A DNA stretch of 64,000 nt from Blepharisma stoltei ATCC 30299 (taxonomy: Eukaryota; Protista; Ciliophora): assembly GCA_965603825.1 (NCBI GenBank), contig CBFDEM010000055.1, positions 248,001-312,000 on the forward strand. The letters run 5' to 3'. The notes beneath the pieces are model-generated. The model ran no database searches and was not told the DNA's origin. It was given only the letters and a program-made list of their open reading frames with translations. Of the stretch, positions 59,373 through 64,000 are shown in pieces (the first letter of the stretch is position 1; each line of letters opens with the position of its first letter). The position numbers and the translations under genes were made by a program.

Positions 59373-61076
59373 TTAAGTTAGTTCAGAAAACAAAATATTA
59401 AACGACCTCTTGTTCCAAGTCTCCTCATTATGCTCTTCATAATAAGCTCCAGGTCCAGGAAACTCCGCTGGCTTTTTCTCCTCATTAAATCTGTCAGCCC
59501 TTGCAATGAAAACTTTATTCGGTATTGCATGTGCCCCCTTTCTCGGTTCCACCACATCATAAGTCCCAGGCCCCAGCGGATCTTTGATAGCTTCTTGATT
59601 TTGTCTGAACCTATCAGCCTGTGAATTAAACCCAACCGTCTTCTTAGAAACTTCATTAATATGAGTCAATAACGGATGAGTTGGAGATGTCGGGCTTCTT
59701 TTGGCCCCAATTGAAGAAGGAATTTCATAAGTCCCAGGAGCTGGGGTTTCTGTTGGTTTTAAGACTGCATCACGAGCAGCTTTACTAGTAAACACTGATG
59801 ATGGCTTATGCAAGGCCGAATTGTGCAGTCCGACTCTATTGTGAGCATCAGGAGGGTAATACCCAGGCCCAGGCGTTTCTTGATTTTTCGCCGGGGCAAA
59901 TCTTCTTTCAGTGCTTCCAAAAACTCCTTGTCTGCCCCATACTTTTTTCTGTAGCTTCTCCCCTATATCATCATTTTTATAGCTTCCAGGTCCTGGGTTT
60001 GGATCCACTGAATGCTGAAACCTCGTCTTTGTAGAGCTAAAAGGTGCTTTAGAATCCCCAGGCCTCTTTTGGGCAATAGGTTTCCTCAAATCTCCATAAT
60101 ACCCTGGCCCAAGTGAGCTTGGTGGTCCTTGTGATTTAAATCTAATACTTTTGCTTCCAAAATACTGCAGATTTCTTGGGACTTTTGCAGGTTTAAAGCT
60201 GCTTATATTTTCTTCATTATAATAATACCCAGGCCCTGGAATCCCTTCTTCACCTCCTTCGTCTTCACTTTCATCGTTATCGTCAGTTGACGTTTGTCGA
60301 CCAGGCTCAGGTATATAACTTGTCCTTTTCGTTACGCTTGCAAAAGCTGCGCTTGGCTTAAATTTATACATCGGAGCAATATTTAGCTTGCTTTCTGAAT
60401 AACTCCCAGGCCCAATTAAGGTTCCTGTGGGTGGAGCTGAGTACAAGTCTCTTTTAGACTGACTTTTGTGCCAAGCTGTTCCTTTGCTGACGAAAACTTC
60501 TCGTGGGTCTTTTGCGTTGTATTGTCCAGGGCCTACAGAGTCCTTTACAGTGCCTTCGTATACTTTTTCAGGGTTTTTTTGCATGATAAGTTCGCCATTA
60601 GAGGTTTCATCGTATCCGAAAGCTTGGTGTTGGGCTGGGATTGAAGGAGCTGAAGGAATTCGCATCCAATTAATTGCAGTCCATTCTTGTTTCTGTTGAA
60701 TTCGCTTTTGAGATCCTCAGTCAGGTGCTAAGTTATAACTTCCAGGCCCAGGAGCTAAGTCTCCTTTTTTTGCTTTAAATCTTTCATTTTTGCTTGCAAA
60801 CGGTCCAGAAGGTTTAGGCTGGCCTCATTGATCAGTTGATTGCTGAGTTTTGGATACTGACGTGGCTTGAAGCTCAGGATTTGAATAACTCCCAGGGCCT
60901 GGAGCATTATTTTGCCCAAAAACCTTATGAATGTCCCTTTCTGTGGTGCTTGAAAATGGAGCATAGCCTTTTGCCGACCTATATTGGGAATGGCCCATAT
61001 ATGCACCTGGGCCTACATTTGTGGCAGCGTTATTGGTGTAATCTAATTTTCTTTCAGCTCTGCTGACGAATGCCAT
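59373..61076 (-). CDS. Sperm-tail PG-rich repeat (SHIPPO) protein, STPG2-like
   Basis: More than 10 (P)GPGxY repeats alternating with F.S...RF; SAPSIP..GY; joined through TGA 60825-60827 and a second TGA; 568 codons. Confidence 0.88.
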
Positions 61077-61099
61077 TTTAATAATTTGAATTGAATAAG

Positions 61100-63424
61100 T
61101 TATACTTTATTACGTCTTGGCTCAATTATTCCGTGCCTTTGGTTAAGCAGGTCGTGGTACCGTTTATGTTTGGATTTTGGCTCACTGGGTTTCTTGGGAA
61201 TTAGCTGAGGAGAAATTCTGGGGCTTGGTAAGGAGAATTGGGGCTCAGAAGGGCTAGGCTGGAGCTCAGGAGGGCTTTCAGTTTCTTCGAGAAGGGCCCA
61301 TGCTTGTTGTTTGGCTTCTTCAAGATTTTTTAGGATTAATTCTGAAACGAGCTCTTTGGCGCTGGAATATTTCAGAAGTTTGCGAGATGAGCTGGGAGGT
61401 TCTATAGTGTTTAGCTTTTTAGGGCTTTCATGGGCAAGTGTGCTCAGAAGGGAAGGAGGCAAAAGAGGCTTTGGAAGACTCCTAACGATGTCTTGGTCTT
61501 GAGACCCCCACTTAGGGGAATATAGCATTGATGCTGTCTCCTTTGGAGGAGATTGCTGCCTCGAAATACTGATATTTCCTAGTATTTTTTCAGACCCTGA
61601 AGACAGCATTTGTCTTCCAAGAGACTCTTCTTTGCACTGCTGGGCATACTGAATTTCTCTTAATTTTTTTTCTAGCATTTCTTCTTGACTTTTCAAGCTA
61701 GCAATTTCATTTTTTCTCGATTCTTTTACTTTTGACAGCAGAACGTTCAGCTGAGATCTCAGCCTTGCAACTTCAGCTTTCTCTTGTTCTAACAGCTGAG
61801 CTGAATTCTATATGAAAATTACTGCAGCTTGCTTAGACTGTGCTTCTTCAAATTCATCTGACAATTTTTTTTTCATTTTTTCCAATTTTTTCATATAATC
61901 AATATTTAGCTCTTTTTCTCTTCTCAAAAGTTTTTTTTCGACCTCTTCTAATACGATGTGGTTGTGGTTGACAGCGAATTCTTCTTCTAAATTTAATATT
62001 TTGTTCTGTATATCGGTTTTTAGCCTCACTACAGCTTGTTCATAGTCAAATTCTATTTCGTCTAATAGTTCTTGTCTAAACTGGTCTTCTTTTCTCAGCT
62101 TTACTTCCATTTCGATCCTCCCTTCTAGCTCATGTCTGATTTCTTTTTCCAATCTTTCTCTTAATTTAGCTGTAAGTGCTTCTTTTAAGCGAAAATCTTG
62201 TTCTTTTCTCAGCTCTTCTTGTGCTTCTACTTGTAAATTCTCAATATAATCAATTTCTCGCTGCTTTTCATCGTCGTCTATTTTTTTGATTCTCAATAAA
62301 ACTACATTTTCTGACTCTTTTTTTACTTCTTCTATAAGCTCTTCCATCTCAAATTTTGCTTCTTCCCTCAATTTAATTTCTTCTTCATATAGACTGCTTT
62401 CTATGTCTAATTTTGCTTTATTTCTGCACTCATCAATCATTAATGGCATTAGTTCTCTTTTCCATAGTTCTTTTTCACTGTAAAGTTTTACTTCAAATTC
62501 GATTTCTAATTGCTCTTTAAATTTATCAATGTCTGACTGCTTTAGCTTAGAAGATGTTCTTTTATGGGTTTGGCTGACTCTTTTTTTAAATAGATTGTCA
62601 TATTCAACTTTGAGTGTTTTGTCAATTTCACGATGAAGCCTGTCCACTTCTTCTTCAATTTTATCCTTCAACTGCTGATCATAAAACTCTTGTATGCTTT
62701 CTTCATCAGCTGCTGGGTTGATAAAAAACTTGGACTCAGTCGCTTGAAGCTCTCTTTCAAGATCCTGCATCCTTTTTTTTCAAAACTGGTCTAATGCGTT
62801 TTTGGTGTCTTTAATCGCTCTCTCAGTTTGAGCTTGATACCTAGCAATCATATCATTTTTTTCTTGGAAAAACTCTTCTTCTATCTCTTCTCTCAGCTCA
62901 ATTTCTGCTTCTTTTATCTTCGTTTTTAAGCTTTCTTCTTCCATTTTCAGCCTTTGTCCTCCGAAATCTTCATATTGATTCCGTCTTATAGGAGTCCTTT
63001 CAGACTCAAAAGGATCTGGAGCATAAATTGGTGACGGCCCAATTAATCTTAAATTTTCTATTCTCACCGATTTTTCTTCCAGTTCTTTTTCTTTCTCATA
63101 AAAAGATCTTTTTAATAGCTCAATTTCTCTTATACTCTGATCGCGCAATTCTTCGAGCTGCTCTTTTATCTTTTGGTCTTTGCTGGGGCTTTCTTGTTCT
63201 TTCTGCTTTTTAGCTTGCACTTTTTCAGCGTCTCGGCTTGGGATGATTGATTCTGTATGCTTATCAAACGACGAAAGATAAGAATAATAATCAACTGCCT
63301 CATCTGAAGATTGCCCATTAAAAGTAATAGACTTTTTCTCTGGAGAACTGAACTGTGGGGTAATTTCACTTGCAAATTCGTAAGGCTGCTCGGAATTTTC
63401 AGAAGAAGTCTCGTTTTTCATCAT
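61100..63424 (-). CDS. Large Glu/Lys-rich coiled-coil protein; intron 61808-61822
   Basis: Three track ORFs are joined by TGA 62780-62782 and a 15-nt intron; 770 codons. Confidence 0.75.
61808..61822 (-). other. 15-nt intron (gtaattttcatatag)
   Basis: GT..AG, in-frame TAG, A at -6. Confidence 0.85.
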
Positions 63425-63446
63425 GAAATTTTATTTATTCAAATAA

Positions 63447-64000
63447 ATGAACATATTAGATGACTGTGTAAGGTCGCTTCAAGCTAGGCCATCCCCACAT
63501 GTACTGCGTTGTATTTTAAACTTTATTAAAGAAAAACGCCACACAGCTGAAGACGCACTTAAAGCTCTTGGTAGCTCTGGGATTTCTCAGCTGTTTGAAT
63601 GACTGTATTCAGATGATGTTGAACTTAGAAAAGTTTCTGCGCTTTTTATATGTGAGCTTGCCTATGATAACCATCAAGCCCAAATAATGATTTGTCAAGC
63701 AATGAACTATACACCTTTGCAAGGGAAAGTTTGTATCAATAAACTTCCTAAGCGAATTGAAACTTTGATTAAAGAAAGACCTGAGCTGCTAAAACTGCTT
63801 AAAAAAGTGGAAAGTGATAAGGTTAAATATTGGTCCTTTCCTCCTTTGGACCAAATGACATACAAATCATCGTTGGAAAATTTATTTTTCTTCCCAGACC
63901 CTATGGAGTATATGCTTGGTTTTTTAGCAGTTCCAGCACCAACAAGACCAAAGTTTTTAAATACAACAACGAGTTATTTTTCTGATGATTTTGAATCAAC
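63447..64000 (+). CDS. Hypothetical ARM-like protein, 3'-truncated by window edge (not in ORF track)
   Basis: MNILDDCVRSL... stays open to the window end with one TGA=Trp (~63600); LYSDDVELRKVSALFICELAYDN. Confidence 0.7.

Noticed and set aside
59373-61076. Recurrent ccaggccc/cctgggcc words (also at 17105-17764) as a CRISPR-like or DNA repeat array
   Set aside because: They encode PGPGxY peptide repeats, vary at synonymous positions and are irregularly spaced.
1-64000. Fragmented ORFs read as widespread pseudogenisation, or TGA as selenocysteine
   Set aside because: The TGAs align with conserved Trp, not Cys, and the fragments rejoin in frame. The remaining breaks are 15-17-nt introns.

Overview
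This is a gene-dense, AT-rich eukaryotic window, most likely somatic (macronuclear) DNA of a heterotrich ciliate of the Blepharisma type. Two properties, both visible in the sequence, break the supplied ORF track. First, TGA is read as Trp: it sits at invariant Trp positions such as kinase DIW/HPW, Myb-repeat Trps, importin-alpha AVW-LGNIAGD, TOP2 ISVWNNG and the HMG-box W, while TAA/TAG remain stops. Second, there are 16 tiny GT-AG spliceosomal introns (13 of 15 nt, 2 of 16 nt, 1 of 17 nt), all with an A six nt from the 3' end. Re-read this way, the window holds about 40 intact genes, including a CDPK, thymidine kinase, two PPT1 paralogs, a PP4R4-like HEAT protein, a divergent E1, OPA3, RPS27, COX17, TOP2, two Myb factors, a class II (B12-dependent) ribonucleotide reductase, a plasmepsin V-like protease, importin-alpha, CFAP45, a PHB depolymerase-like esterase, a septin and SHIPPO-repeat proteins. 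A ~5 kb nested tandem duplication (21.9-27.0 kb) contains two intact 2-TM Cys-rich genes that the ORF track misses entirely. Main highlights: a GGA-like monomeric adaptor ending in an AP2-alpha-type ear; a LITAF plus wolframin-C-terminus-like fusion; an E1 lacking its catalytic Cys; a 100-bp TA-bounded IES-like segment present in only one duplicate copy; a 17-nt intron that follows the branch-point rule; and divergent genes only 22-25 bp apart. All family calls come from motif recognition by eye, not database searches. No RNA genes, CRISPR arrays or autonomous transposons were recognised.
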